64,000 bases of DNA from Dipteris shenzhenensis (Eukaryota): assembly GCA_047967505.1 (NCBI GenBank), contig CM106538.1, one strand, 5' to 3'. The translations under genes and the position numbers were made by a program. The notes under the pieces were generated by a model. The model did not search any database and was not told the origin of the DNA. It saw only the letters and a list, made by a program, of their open reading frames with translations. Below, piece after piece: positions 49,319 to 61,894 of this stretch (positions are counted from its first letter, which is position 1; each line of letters starts with the position of its first letter).

Positions 49319-50819
49319 GCGTACAATCGCAGGCCTGTTTCTGAGTGCATTGGTATTTTGGCACAAGTCGTCTTAAACCTTTTGAAACTAAAGGCTTTAG
49401 TAGTTTGCTTTTATCCCATAATGAATATTTTGGTTGTCCTTGAAGGTTGAAACTATGGTTTGCACATCAATGTGCAGATCATGATGCTCTATAAATTCCT
49501 GTAGAAGTATTTTTCCTGCTGAATTGCAATGAATCCCAACATTTGTAAAGTTTTGATCCCAGTCAAGCTATTGCTAAAGATGGTTTGCACCTTGCTCTAG
49601 TGGAATTTTCCTATCATACTTTAAAATTGGGTTGTGGTACTGTTGGTGACCAGCATAGCTTTACTTGATCAACCTTTCAGATAATCCTATGTGTTGTGTG
49701 GTCAACATGAGCTTCATGTAAGATTTGTGATATATACGTCGCCTAATTTTTTTTAACGATGTACGCCGGTGGTTTCTTGTTTGGATCAAAGCCAGCTCTG
49801 TTAGCATGTTTCATTTGGTTTGTGTTCAGGTAATACACGCTCCTCTGTTTGCATGTGGTGCTAATTGTTGCAGCAGATGGCATTTCGGCTGAAGGAGACT
49901 CATACATGGAAGATTGAATGTGGGGGAGCTCTCGTAGGGCCATGTTGCCTTGGGTTTTCTTAAATTTGAACATGTCAGAAAATTTTGAATGTGAAATCAG
50001 GTTTTGAGAAGACTTGAACATTCATTTGGGCTAGTGTGAAGGGGATTGGGAGAGGAGTAGCCTCTTTTAAACAAATTTGGTTCAATATGGAGTGCTGCAA
50101 GAAAATAATTTGTTTTAAATTCATTTTCTGCAGTTAATATTTTCTTAAGATATGAAGACCTTTCAGCAGTGTTATGAATCAAACATGGGAACTGTTTGAT
50201 GGCAAATTTTATTGTAAGTTAAAGTTTTTTAGAGTTGTCAGTCTTGGCACAAATGCAGTCTCGGCACAAATGCTTCTTCTATTACCTTGTTTTGTAGTAT
50301 TACTTTTTGCAATGATGACCTATCTATGAATCATCATTCTGTATGTGCATGATTTTAAGAGGATTTGTGTGTTGCCTTGTGATAGTCTTTGCTTGTGTGC
50401 ATTGTGGCATTGTAACTTGATCTTTGCTTTGATGGTGATGTCCATGGTTGCACGGAGAAATGATTTTGTGTCTTAGGCATGGATATGTTCACTAAATCCT
50501 AATGAGGGTTTGGTTGCTTGTGGCCGTTGTGCCAAATACATGCACTTGCATATACTTATCCAATACACCAGGACACTGTCTATATTTTCAATTGGAAAGC
50601 TATGATTTTCAATTCTAAAGCATCAAGATGCTTGAAGGCAAAGCAAGAATGTATAGGAAGTTGAATTGAAAACATTGATTTCTCTTTGATGTTGAATGTT
50701 GAATTTTGTACTATTGATAAATGGATGTTCCCTTTCATATGTGCATGGGACTTCTTGAAATAATGCTAGTAATCTCTTGAAGGGAGCACATGATGTACGA
50801 GACAGAGTTGCCTTTCTAG

Positions 50820-51020
50820 ATTGAGGGGGGGGGGGGGGGGGGTGTGTGCACGAGAAAGAGAGCGAGCTCAGAAGTCAATGAAGGGGATGAGTCTCTAAAA
50901 TTTGGTTGTGGCACTTTTTTGGCAAAAATGATTGTTTGCAAGTAGTGCTAAAAAATATCTTTAGAAAATCGATCCCCTTGGCTATTGTTTAGTTGTTTGT
51001 GGGGTGTGGGGAGAGGGGGG

Positions 51021-51058
<38 letters not shown>

Positions 51059-51193
51059 TCAATGAAGTATCAGATTTGGTTGGGGCACTTTTTGGGCAAA
51101 AATGTCTGTTGTAGGTATAGAAAAGGGCTTCCCTTGGCCATTGTTCAGTTGTTTGGGGGGGTGGGGGCAATGCATGTGAGAATACAAAAAATA

Positions 51194-51233
<40 letters not shown>

Positions 51234-51330
51234 ATTGGGACACTTTTTTGGTATAAATGTAGTAGTCAGTCATCTCGCAAGCAGTGCCAAAAGCATCTTT
51301 AGAAAAGCGCTCCCCTTGGCAATTGTTGAT
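50820..51330. repeat. Degenerate tandem repeat (three ~160-180 bp units separated by poly-G/(GA)n)
   Basis: tttg.ttg.g.cacttttt.gg...aaatg recurs at about 50900, 51075 and 51230, each followed by agaaaa..cccttggc.attgtt. Confidence 0.7.
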
Positions 51331-54169
51331 TTCAAAAATGTTACCAGAGCGTGGACTTCTAGGTAGCGTTGTAAAGCATCTTTATAAGATCGCTACCCTT
51401 GGTTTTCCTCTTGATGCACTCTCGAATCTCTCTGAGTTTGCGCTCTACTTTCTTCCTAGCATCTTTGTGCACATGTTTTTCTTTGTCTGGACCCTTTCCA
51501 AAAGTTGGATTGCAGTTGTATGATTGTAGAATATGCATGTCGAAAACCTCTAGTTGATTTCTAAGAGCTACCATTTAAAGAAACCGCCTCATATTTCTCA
51601 AAGAAAAGTAAATTCAAAACTTGGAGATTATCGTAAGAAATATATTTTGGGTCCTACACCTCTTGAGAGAGCTAATCCAATAAGGGACCACTAAGAGACA
51701 ATGTTGGATCTTTACAAATAAGGAGAAGAGCACAAAACAAAAGCATGCACATCCAATGGTTACTTATATAATCCTTAGCCTGATTCCTAACCCCCTAGAC
51801 CTTAACATACATAGTGCCACACAACTGTTGACCCTTGAACACATTGAGTGGCAACACTCGTGAGATCCTACAAACTTTTTGGTGAAACATACACACACAT
51901 GCACAAGCTTTTGGGTTGATAGGGTATAAAGAGGAAAGGTTTGTAGAGGGACGAGGATGCATATGTTTATGCATTCTTCGAAGTAGAACAAAGGGGCCAA
52001 AAGCCTTTTATACAAGGCATCGAGCTTGTTCCCATTGCTTGGTCACTATGGGTTTGTTGTTGACTTGTGATAGTTGAAAATGCCGTGCTTGACTTAACAT
52101 GTGTTGGTAGTTAGTTTTAGATGCAACTAAAAGACTTGAAAGCGGTTCAAACAAGATACATTAGAGGTGCTTTTTGTTGAGACTTTCCAAGGTAAGCAAA
52201 CCCTCATCCTTTCATAGACTTGAGTTTTTGGGTCCTTCCCACTCGTACTTGCTTGGTTTATGCCTTTGCATCATTCCAACCCTTGGGATGGCTGGGGAGG
52301 AAAATGCTCGTGAATAATGTTTTTGATGCTCCTTGATGTGAAATTTAAAGAGAGGCTCTATCTGTCACAATGGCGACTCTGTCGATGGCCTTGCCATGCT
52401 TGCATAGTTGGTTTCTCTGGTGGTGGTCTATGGCATGGTTGTCCTCTGTGACTGTCTTACTTGTGAGCAGCTTGCTTACCACTGCATCCACCAAAGGTAC
52501 CTTCAAAGTTACATTTGAGGTTTCTCACTCTACAATTTTCAATTGTAGTGCTCTCCATTGTATGATTAATGCTTTTCGATGCCCGACTGTGTAGACTTTT
52601 TGCAAATCCGAATTGGTCATGTATCCTTGAAGTAAAAGAGGTGCCAATTCTTTCATTCTTGAATGATCTTTGCTCAGTAAAAGGTTAGACTCGTTGATAG
52701 TGGGACTCTTCACTCTTTTTATCTTGATCGATCTTTGTTTAAGAGGGGTTGCCTTTGAAGCAAGGGGTGTGTGCATAGACTAAGCACAATTTGTGTGTGG
52801 CTATCGCTTCTCAGTCTGAATTGGATGTTGATAAAATAGGATATTGCGAGCTATTGCCGAGTACTCATGAAAGGCACATGTTTGGTTGGATTTTTGTGAG
52901 CTACGCATCTTGCCATGCCCTTAGCATGTTTTAAATTGTTATTTTATTGAATGTGGGTTGAATTGATTAAAAACGTATCTACTTTGGACTATTGATGAGT
53001 ATCTTGAACAACACAGGTTTGGATTGGATTTTTGTGAGCCACGCATCTCGCTATGAACTTAGCATATTCTAAATACCACAACCCTCAGTAGGATATCTCC
53101 CTTTGAATAGTTTACAAGTAATCTTTCATTTATGAGAAAATGAAAGACAAATAAAAGGAGAGATTAGATTCAATTCTAGAAATTTTTCGTACACTTGAAT
53201 GCCCCTTTCAAAAATCTATGATGAATAGATGTGTTGTTGATTGTATGTCATGTCTTAGTACAGGGAATGCCAAGGTTTAGCTCTGTTTTTTCAGGCCCAA
53301 ACACACCTACATAGCTTAGAAACAATCTTTCTAAAAGGCATACATGCTTGATAAATAAGATGTGGATTTTAAGCATGTCAAGTATTTGTTGAATTATGGG
53401 ATCAAACCTATGCTTAACGCTCTAATTTTTGCAGACCTAATCATTGCATTCATACAAGACTAAAACAAGTGTAGAGCTATAGTGGATTGCAAGTCAGGTC
53501 ATTTCATGATAGCATGGTCGCATCTATCTAGACATGTTGGATGGCACATGAATGGGTTCAATTCGTGTTGCAAGTTTTATTAATTGAAAATTATATTGAG
53601 CTTTTCCCGTTGAAAGAGAAAGAAATTAATAAAGTTAAATTTAAACTTGTACTTAGCCTAGTTTCAAAGTGGTATTAAGTCTCATTTAACTGATACACTA
53701 ATAGCAAAGTTGATCCTTTTAAGTCTCATTTGTATCCTTCCTTTCATTGATGACATGAACAACAATCGTAAGTTGGCATTGTAGCTCGGCTCCCACAACA
53801 TGTATGGAATGTTCTAACATTTTTATTGTTGTGATGGTGCTAAGTGACTCAACTTACCTTCTGAACATGGATGATGCCACATGTGACCAGAGTGCTTTTT
53901 CCACCAGTCTCGTGATTACAATGCAAAGACCTAAAATTTTTTGTTGTACATATTTGTACTGACGTAATGGCTGACTAGTAGGTGCTACTTTGAAATGGGA
54001 TCCCTTAACTAAAGAATTTTTAAATTCGTTGGTTTTCTTCTTCTTTGAGTAATGGATGCTTTGCATTTTAAATTCTTTGTCCATATCTTGGGTAAATGAT
54101 TTCTTTGATTACATGTCCTTGGAACACCTGACCATGACTTGAGTAGTATTAGAATACTAGGATAGTAGA

Positions 54170-57150
54170 AAACACACACACACACACACATGCACGCACA
54201 CACTTCCTACCCCATTCCTCCTTTTGTTTATTCACTTGCTCATTCACGCCCCCCCCCCCCCCCCCATTTCTTTACTTAGTTTTCCTAATCTACCTTTTTC
54301 CAACATTCATTTTTTCATTCGATTTATATATAATCCATTTTTACCTTATTTCCCCCCCTTCTCTCTCAGTTTCCTTTAAAGCCCCCCCTTTTTTTCTTTT
54401 TTAATTTACTTTTCTCTTATTTCCCCCCTCTTTCTTCCTTTTTTAAATAGCTTTCTTCTTTTCCTTAATGTCTCTCCTTAGTTTTCTTTTTCAAAATTTT
54501 ACTTCTTAATTTTTATTATTCTCCTTAACTTTTTCTAATTTTCCATAATTTATTCCTTAATTTCCTAAATTTACTTTCCTTTATTAATCTTCCCCTTGTT
54601 TTCCAAATATCTGTTTTTTTTAATTGCCTAAAAATTCCCTTACTCTCCCGCTAAAGTTTCTTGTTTTTTCCTTTCTCTTAATCTTATTTTCTTTCCTCAT
54701 ATTTTTTTCCTTTTTATAAATTTTAGGTTTTAATTTTATTACTTTCCTCTTACCTTAATTTTCCTAAAATACTCTTGAGACATTTTATTTTTCTGTAAAA
54801 GGTCCCTTTATTAATTCAAACCAAAACTTAGTATAGTCCTAACAACCGCCCCTCCTCTTCGCACACCCACACGTGCTTCTCGATTCCTCTGCTACATTTT
54901 TTGTTGTCACTGACTCCTGGTACACCCACATTATGAGCTGCGCATGACTTTCTAGCTCCCTCGTTATTCTCACCTTCCCAACTCCCCACCTTCCCGACTA
55001 TCATCTCCCCTAACTATATAAAGCCCACTACCGACCAGCTCTGCCCACTGCAATCTCTCTAGCTCTACTCCCCTTCGGTTTGCTACACTGTCCCGCCCCT
55101 CATTTTTCGCTGCTCGTTGCCCAAGCCATCACATCCCTCTACTCCCGTGCGATTTTCTTGTGCCAGTGTCCGGTTTCGGCAACTCTCCAGCTCGTGCGAT
55201 CGACTCCAAGCGCCCCCGTGCACCTCTTTTCTATAGACTGTGCGTAAACTCCTTACGCCTCTCCTTCCTGGTGCTAGCCCATCAACACGTCATGGACTCT
55301 CAGGTTCTCATCATTTACCCCCCTCCCCAACCTTTTTGCTTGCATCTTTTTACCCCTCTCTCTATGTATTTGCCCCCGCCCCCTCTCCTCTCTTTGTAGT
55401 TACCTACCCCCCCCCCCGCCCCCCCTCTCTATGTATGTATTCCTCCCCTTCTCTATTTATTTATCCTCTCCCCTCTTTATCTATATATCCCCCCTTCTCT
55501 ATGCATTTATCCTCCCTCCCCTCTTTATCTATATCCTCTTGTCTCTATGGTGCCCCCCCCCGCCCCCCTTCTCTATCTATATATGTATATCTCCCCTTCT
55601 CTATGAACTTTTCCTCCCCTCTCTATCTACATTTCGTCCCTTCTCTATGTTCCCCCCCCCCCTATATATATGGCCCCTTCTCTATGTATATTATTATTTC
55701 CCTTGTCTATTTATTAAACCCAAGCCACCACCCCCCTCCCCTTCTTTTTCATACACATATAACTTTCCCCCCCCTCTTTACATATATACCCTTCCCCTTC
55801 TCTATATATATACTTTTTGCTTTCTTCCTCCTTCTCTATATACTTATCCTCCCTCCCCCTTCTCTATTTTCCTCATTTTCTTTCCCCCTCTCCCTACGCT
55901 ATGAACATATTTTCTTTTACATTCCTTCCTGTTTTTTGTCCCCCTTCTCTCTTTATAAAAATCCCTCAAATTTTCTTGTATTTTTCTCCTTATTACATTA
56001 TCCTGTTATACTCTATCTGTAAGTATCTTTTTCCTTTCTCTTGTTTGTGTTTTCCTGTCTCTTCTGTCCTTTATTCTCCCTTTCCCTTTTTTCCCTTCCC
56101 TCTCATCTACCTTATTATCCCTTTATCATAGTTCCCAGGGATCATCTTTATATAAAACCCCTTTCATTCTTCCCTTTACTGTTCCCCCCCCCCCTTTTTT
56201 TTTTGGTTGCCCACCTTCCATATTCTCGTTGTTTGTAACCAAAATTTCCCCATACTTTTCCACACCTAACCTTTTACATAACCATGCAACCTAACCTTTA
56301 CCTAAACACTCTACCTAAACACTCTACCTAACCTTAATAGTTTACATCTTACTGGTTAGGTTTATGGCTAAGCTTCTAATTTATTGTGACCCCGATAACA
56401 AGGGAGGATTGTTTATGACACCTATCTTCCCAACTTAAGCTGGTTCTTGTCATGTTTTCCTCTTGGATGGTGGCATGTATGCAGATTCTCCTCTTTTATA
56501 AAAGAGATGCTTGTCAAGACTTCACCAGCTTTAACTTTTTGTAAATTTTTTTTTTTTGCTAAAACATTATTCACACTTCTCATAAAAAACTCTTACATAC
56601 TTTTTATACAATTTTGTAGGTGCTTTACCTACATACTCAAACACTTCCTTAATTCTATAATGTTCTCTTTCTACTCTTTTCCTTGACTCTTTTGTGTTTT
56701 AACTATGCAAAAGTGATTGTTGTCTTGTCTACCAAATGCATGTCTTTTCCCCTGCAACTCCAGATGGTTGCACACAGTCCACTTTAGTCATCAAGGCTTT
56801 TTAGCCTCTTGACTTCTTTCATTAAATTGTATTTTTCTACATTTTACAAAAAAATCTTGTTACTAATTCCTTTTCTTATCTTTGTAGAAATACTCTTGGG
56901 ATACTACACTTCAGTCCAAGTCACTCAACACTCGTCTCCCAACTCCCTCTCTCGCGACTCAAGTGGTACTCTCATGTTTCCAAAAAGCTAAGTTTTTCTC
57001 ATTCATTAGATCGCACGTTCTTGAGGCTCTTGCAAAAACACTTCTTTGCTCTTAAAATGCTTTCCCTTAATGATTGGATCAAGCTTCTCAAATTCTCACA
57101 AAGCTTGATCCAATCTTATCTTCTTTCCTAATATTTTTTCCCTTTTTTCC
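54170..57150. repeat. Unclassified pyrimidine-skewed element, copy 2
   Basis: Same C/T skew, (CA)n start and shared core (56380-56760) as 19290-23290. Confidence 0.55.
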
Positions 57151-59857
57151 ACTTAGAAAACCTTTTTATAATTGTATCATGTCTTGCCCCTTTGCTCATT
57201 GGGAGGGAGAAACATGGGTTGATACTCGGCCATCTTGAGTTCCTTATTTACAACATGTAGACAAGCAAGGGACTTTAGTCTACAATTTTGCATCCTCTAA
57301 AACTGACCAGAATTGTGAACTGTTGTGGAGAACGAAAAAAGCTCTCTGGCTTCATAGGAGGACACGAATGTTGATTGAGTCTTCATGAGTAATGGTGATC
57401 GAGAAAGAATAGAAGGTTCTCCTGTGAATTATTTATTTATTTTTATTTACTTTTCATTTCCCATCATATTCTCCTCTAATCAATTGGGATGTCCTAGCAC
57501 TTTCCCTTTGAAGAGAAAAGGTAATTGTGAGAATAGGAAGAGGATGAAAGAAAGAAAATAGAAATATGCGTGGAGCTATATGGGCCCAAGTGCCTTGTAA
57601 AAACAAGAAAGAAAGAGGTAAGAAAGAATAGGATTGGCCCTCCCTTCAAAAGAATAGGATTGGCCCTACTTTCAAAAGGAGGAATGATTTAAAAACCAAA
57701 GGTTTGACTTTGGTCTTCATTGTTGTATTCACAAATTTGGAATACAAGCTCCCTTTCTCTCTTCCATGAATTGTCTCAAGTTCTCTTGTTTCCTATCATA
57801 GTGCCTTTGTGATTTCCACTCCCTCTTCCCCTTCTTCCCTTATTCACTCCCCTCTTGCCTTCCACCTCCCCCTCTATTCTCTCTCTTCCCTCCCCTTCTT
57901 CCTCTCCTAGAGTCACACTGCAACAATCTGGAAGTTGCTTGCATGACACAAGTGGACGACAAGCTTTGCATTCCTCCTCATCATGGCAATTGAGGAGGGA
58001 GCACCCTTTGGTGTATTGGTGATCTTCCCCATGTCACATGAGTCACAACTAGGATGGCACACTTCCATGCTCACCTCTATCACCACTATCCCTCCATTGT
58101 CCCTTTCCATAGGTTACATTCCTCCCCTATCATTCTCTCTAGGGGCCATCACCACAATCATCGAAGTTGTAGAAGTGGTAGTTCACACCATAGTAGAGGG
58201 AAAAGCCACCACACATGAGGTAGGTCTTTTACATCTTACACAATTTGGTATCCCAGATTCTCCTTCATGGGTTTCCATCCTACAAAGTACCACATCAATG
58301 GATCCTCCTGTGATTAGGGTGGTCAATATCTCATGCATGATTGCTACATCTACTTGCAAGGGGTATGATGTAAATACATTTTAGACCCTCCCATGATGGA
58401 TATGGACATAAATATTGATATTAGGCACTTTGATGCATGTGTGCATGTGGGACAACCTTTTCAAATGTGACACATGCCATAGCTCCAAATCAAGTCAAGG
58501 ATCGAGATACATTGTTCACTCCAATGGGAGATGCATTGGCTAGTTTGTGTATTGGCTAGACTAATGTGCATCTTCAAAGAGGAAATCGCCCCAAATTTAA
58601 GATTCCACAAACAAATAAAAATGCAAGCAATGTTTCTCAAGAAAGTTCACATAAAATGTCAAATTGTTGCTCAAGGTGGCACAGTGATTGAAAAATAGGA
58701 CTTCCCTCCCATACATTGCAATGACATCTTGTCAACTTTTTGAGGCTAGGTATTTGATGACTCCTTGTGTTACATTGGTCAAGCCGAGTAGCAAAGCCTT
58801 CTATCTTGAATTTGATGGTGTGATTTCCAAACTATGCCATTCACCTCACATTAAACCCGGTTACAGTAGGCAACCTAGAGGCATGTTTTTGTTTTGAGAG
58901 CCCTACTTGAACCACATTTCACAATATCATGCGTGGATCTTGAAAAAAATCTTATGATTTAGGTTGTGTTTTCTTTTTGAATATTTTCCTTTTATTACAT
59001 GGTGAAGTTCATGAGATTTAAAAGGAGACATGGAGTAATTCTAACGGGGTTAAAAGCAAAAAGCTTTGAAAAATAGCTAGTCTATCGTAGTAGCCAAATT
59101 GCTCTATGAAGGTGCTTATCCCTGCAAGAGATTGCAACGTATTGGACTTATGTACAGGTAGACATGTTGAATGAGTATACTATCTATATTGTCACTCCAG
59201 ATCAATCACAGGATTAAGCTACAAAGTCCAAAGCTGGCCTTCTATCAACTAGTTTTTGGTATTCACAACACCCGCAAAACAATGCTCTTTCCTAATTCAT
59301 AACACTTGTTTTGATCATATGTTATGTAGTTGTGGCACAATGTTTGCTGCGTTTGCTTTGCCACCATAATGGTAGTAGCCATAATAATGTTGTAGCGTTT
59401 AGCAATCCGACAATGTCACTTTGTCATTCATCAAGCTGTGCATGTGAGTATGGAACGATACGATCAATCACCTTGTGCTCTCTCCAAGAGCCCAATTTAC
59501 CTAAAGCAAGGCACGTTGAAGGAACATCGAAAGTCATAGTGAAGGAGCTTGTAGAGAAGGTGAGGGCTTCAAACGTTGAGGAGCCATAGCAAGCTAGACA
59601 ATGATGAGGGAAAGTATGGAGAAAGGTCAAAGGGGAAGACAATTGGGAGGACTCTTAGACCACCCAATAAATTTGATTGTCAGATTGGAGCTGATAAGGT
59701 ATAGGAAACACATATAAATATGCTACAACTCATTCGTCTTTGACATGCATTCAATCTATTATGGCAATTGCAAGTATAACAAGAAAAAGCTTCTGGGAAA
59801 GATGGACAAGGGCACCTGTGGCTACGAAATGATGAAATATCTCAACACGACCTCGAT

Positions 59858-60203
59858 CTTAGTTCTTTTAAAATCCTGATAAGGAAAGTCTATTGGCGCA
59901 GGGATCTTAACTAGATCGGCTACGTTGTAGTCACCACTAATAATAAGAAAGAGTTTGAGAGGCTGCATCCATTGTCCCTCGCACCAAGTTTGAATCCCAA
60001 GTCCTAGAGGTCTCTAAGAAGGGCCCTTGACCTTAGTTCTTTCAAAATCCTATAAGGAAAGTCTACTGGCACAGGGATCTTAACTGGATTGGCTATGTTG
60101 CAGTCACCACTAATAACAAGAAAGAGTTTGAGAGGCTGCATCCATTGTCCCTCGCACCAAGTTTGAATCCCAAGTCCTCGAGGTCTCTAAGAAAGGCCCT
60201 TGA
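59858..60203. repeat. Tandem duplication, period ~174 bp
   Basis: 59858-60030 is repeated at 60032-60203 with few substitutions. Confidence 0.92.
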
Positions 60204-60590
60204 TGCATGGGCAAGGCCCCCAAAGCCTGAGCGGGACATGATTGAGCTCATTCACCATGCCATTGACTCTGGTATCACCTTCTTGGATATCTTAGGGATA
60301 CCTTTGACACATAGGGACCCTTCCTCAATGAGATTTTACTAGGAAGGGTACTCTTGTTGCTGCCCAATTGCTATTCCTCGATGATGACCTCTAGAGATGC
60401 GAGAAGGGAGATTGTTTGGTGGTATGGAGGGGCACGTCATGTACTCTCAAATCATCATACTATTCACCTTTTGCATTGCACTGTCTCGTGTTCAAATCAA
60501 GGCTTCTGTGCTTTATCCTTGCTTCCAATTCACACACTATGCTAATTGCTACTGGGAGAAAATGTGCGCATGAAAAGGTAGAGGTGCTGC
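60204..60590 (+). pseudogene. Aldo-keto reductase (plant auxin-induced AKR type) fragment: part of exon 1, intron and start of exon 2
   Basis: CMG..GPPKPERDMIELIHHAIDSGITFLD..DTFDT*GPFLNEILLGR with a GT donor at 60348, then EKVEV near 60570. Matches the family pattern GCMGMS..YGPPKPE..LIHHA..GITFLDTSDVYGP..NEILLGK/..REKVEL. Confidence 0.8.
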
Positions 60591-61894
60591 AGCTCGAAGA
60601 TCATCTTGGTTAACTCAAAGCTGCCAGAAGACAATCCTGGTTAACTATGATCTGCTATTGGAAGTCTATCCTTTCAGTCCAAACACTGGCACTTGAATCA
60701 TCAGGGAGGCAAGGAGGTTATTGAGAGAGTATGTGGGGGAGGAGTAGCTCGTTTGCACGTGAAACAGCTCCAAAAAGCATTCTAATCCTTATAGAGGAAG
60801 GAGGAAAGAGGAGCCTAGAGCATGTGGTGTTTTGAGTATTAAATTAAGGGTTACCTTTGATATTGCAAAGGATTTAGAGTATGATTGAGTGAGGCATCAT
60901 AGTATGTAAGGTTAATCTGGACATGAATTTTTTGTTTAAGTCTTACTTACTCTAGTATTGCAATTGACTTGATATGATGCTTTGCCTCTTTTGATGTTAT
61001 AGGAATCTATCAAGCTCATTAAAGCCTATGGTAATTTCAAGGTGTTTGCAATACGAGTACGACTATTGACATTTAGGTACTATGTCAATCTCTTATATGT
61101 TCATGAGAATTAATTGCGATGCTACTTGAAGCTAATATTCTCGATGTTCTCAATCTTGATGCCCAGGAAACGGCCCGTTTCCTTAGATTATAACTCTTTG
61201 GGGTAGGAAGCATGATGCCTCCCTGCCCACACTACGTGTGGTTATAACAATTATATTAGATATTATTATAAAAATATTTTTAATTGCTTACTCATTTTTC
61301 CTTTCCGTACTTACTTGAATCTAAATCCTTACAGCATTCCTCTCTTTTGATGCATGTTCTTTATGTGAGGGACCATTCGGAATAGCCAAGTGTGTTGCAA
61401 GATCAAAGGATGTTTGTATGTTTGTAGTCCACATCATAAAATTATAGATTGTAATAATAAGGAAATTATGAGCTCTTGTGAACATAGATTTATTGATGTA
61501 TTTGGTGGTAATAAAACACCACCCCTCACATTTGCAGGGAGGTTTGAGTCCTAATGAGTCCTACATCTTGTCTCCCATGTCCATATTTTCACTCAAATTT
61601 TTTCCCCTTTTAAAAACTTAATAAAGTGGAGTTATGTGCTCTATGATGAATGAATGAATGATTGAATCCCAAGGACTATGAAATATAGGGAGCGATCTCA
61701 ATGAATGAATAAATGCCAAGGATAAACAAGGGAAGAGGATTTAATTTGTGACTGTTTCTCGGGGCATTATGCTACTCAAAAACCCATTTAGAGGAACACT
61801 ATATTTTTGTGTGATTATGTTATTGCTTATTTTGTTTTCTCATGTTTGTGCCTCGTTTGTGCTTCCTTTACAATGGTTTTTTGGCATCCACTCT

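Noticed and set aside
51760-52800. Coding-looking stretch with several short ORFs
   Set aside because: No family recognised in any frame; left unannotated.
55240-56022. 260-aa ORF and overlapping ORFs
   Set aside because: Artefact of C/T-rich low-complexity DNA, which is depleted of stop codons; no domain.
56285-56340. Telomere-like cctaaac repeats
   Set aside because: Few, degenerate and not a CCCTAAA array.
57200-59800. Possible retrotransposon gag/integrase debris
   Set aside because: Only vague motif similarity; no LTR, PBS or clear domain.
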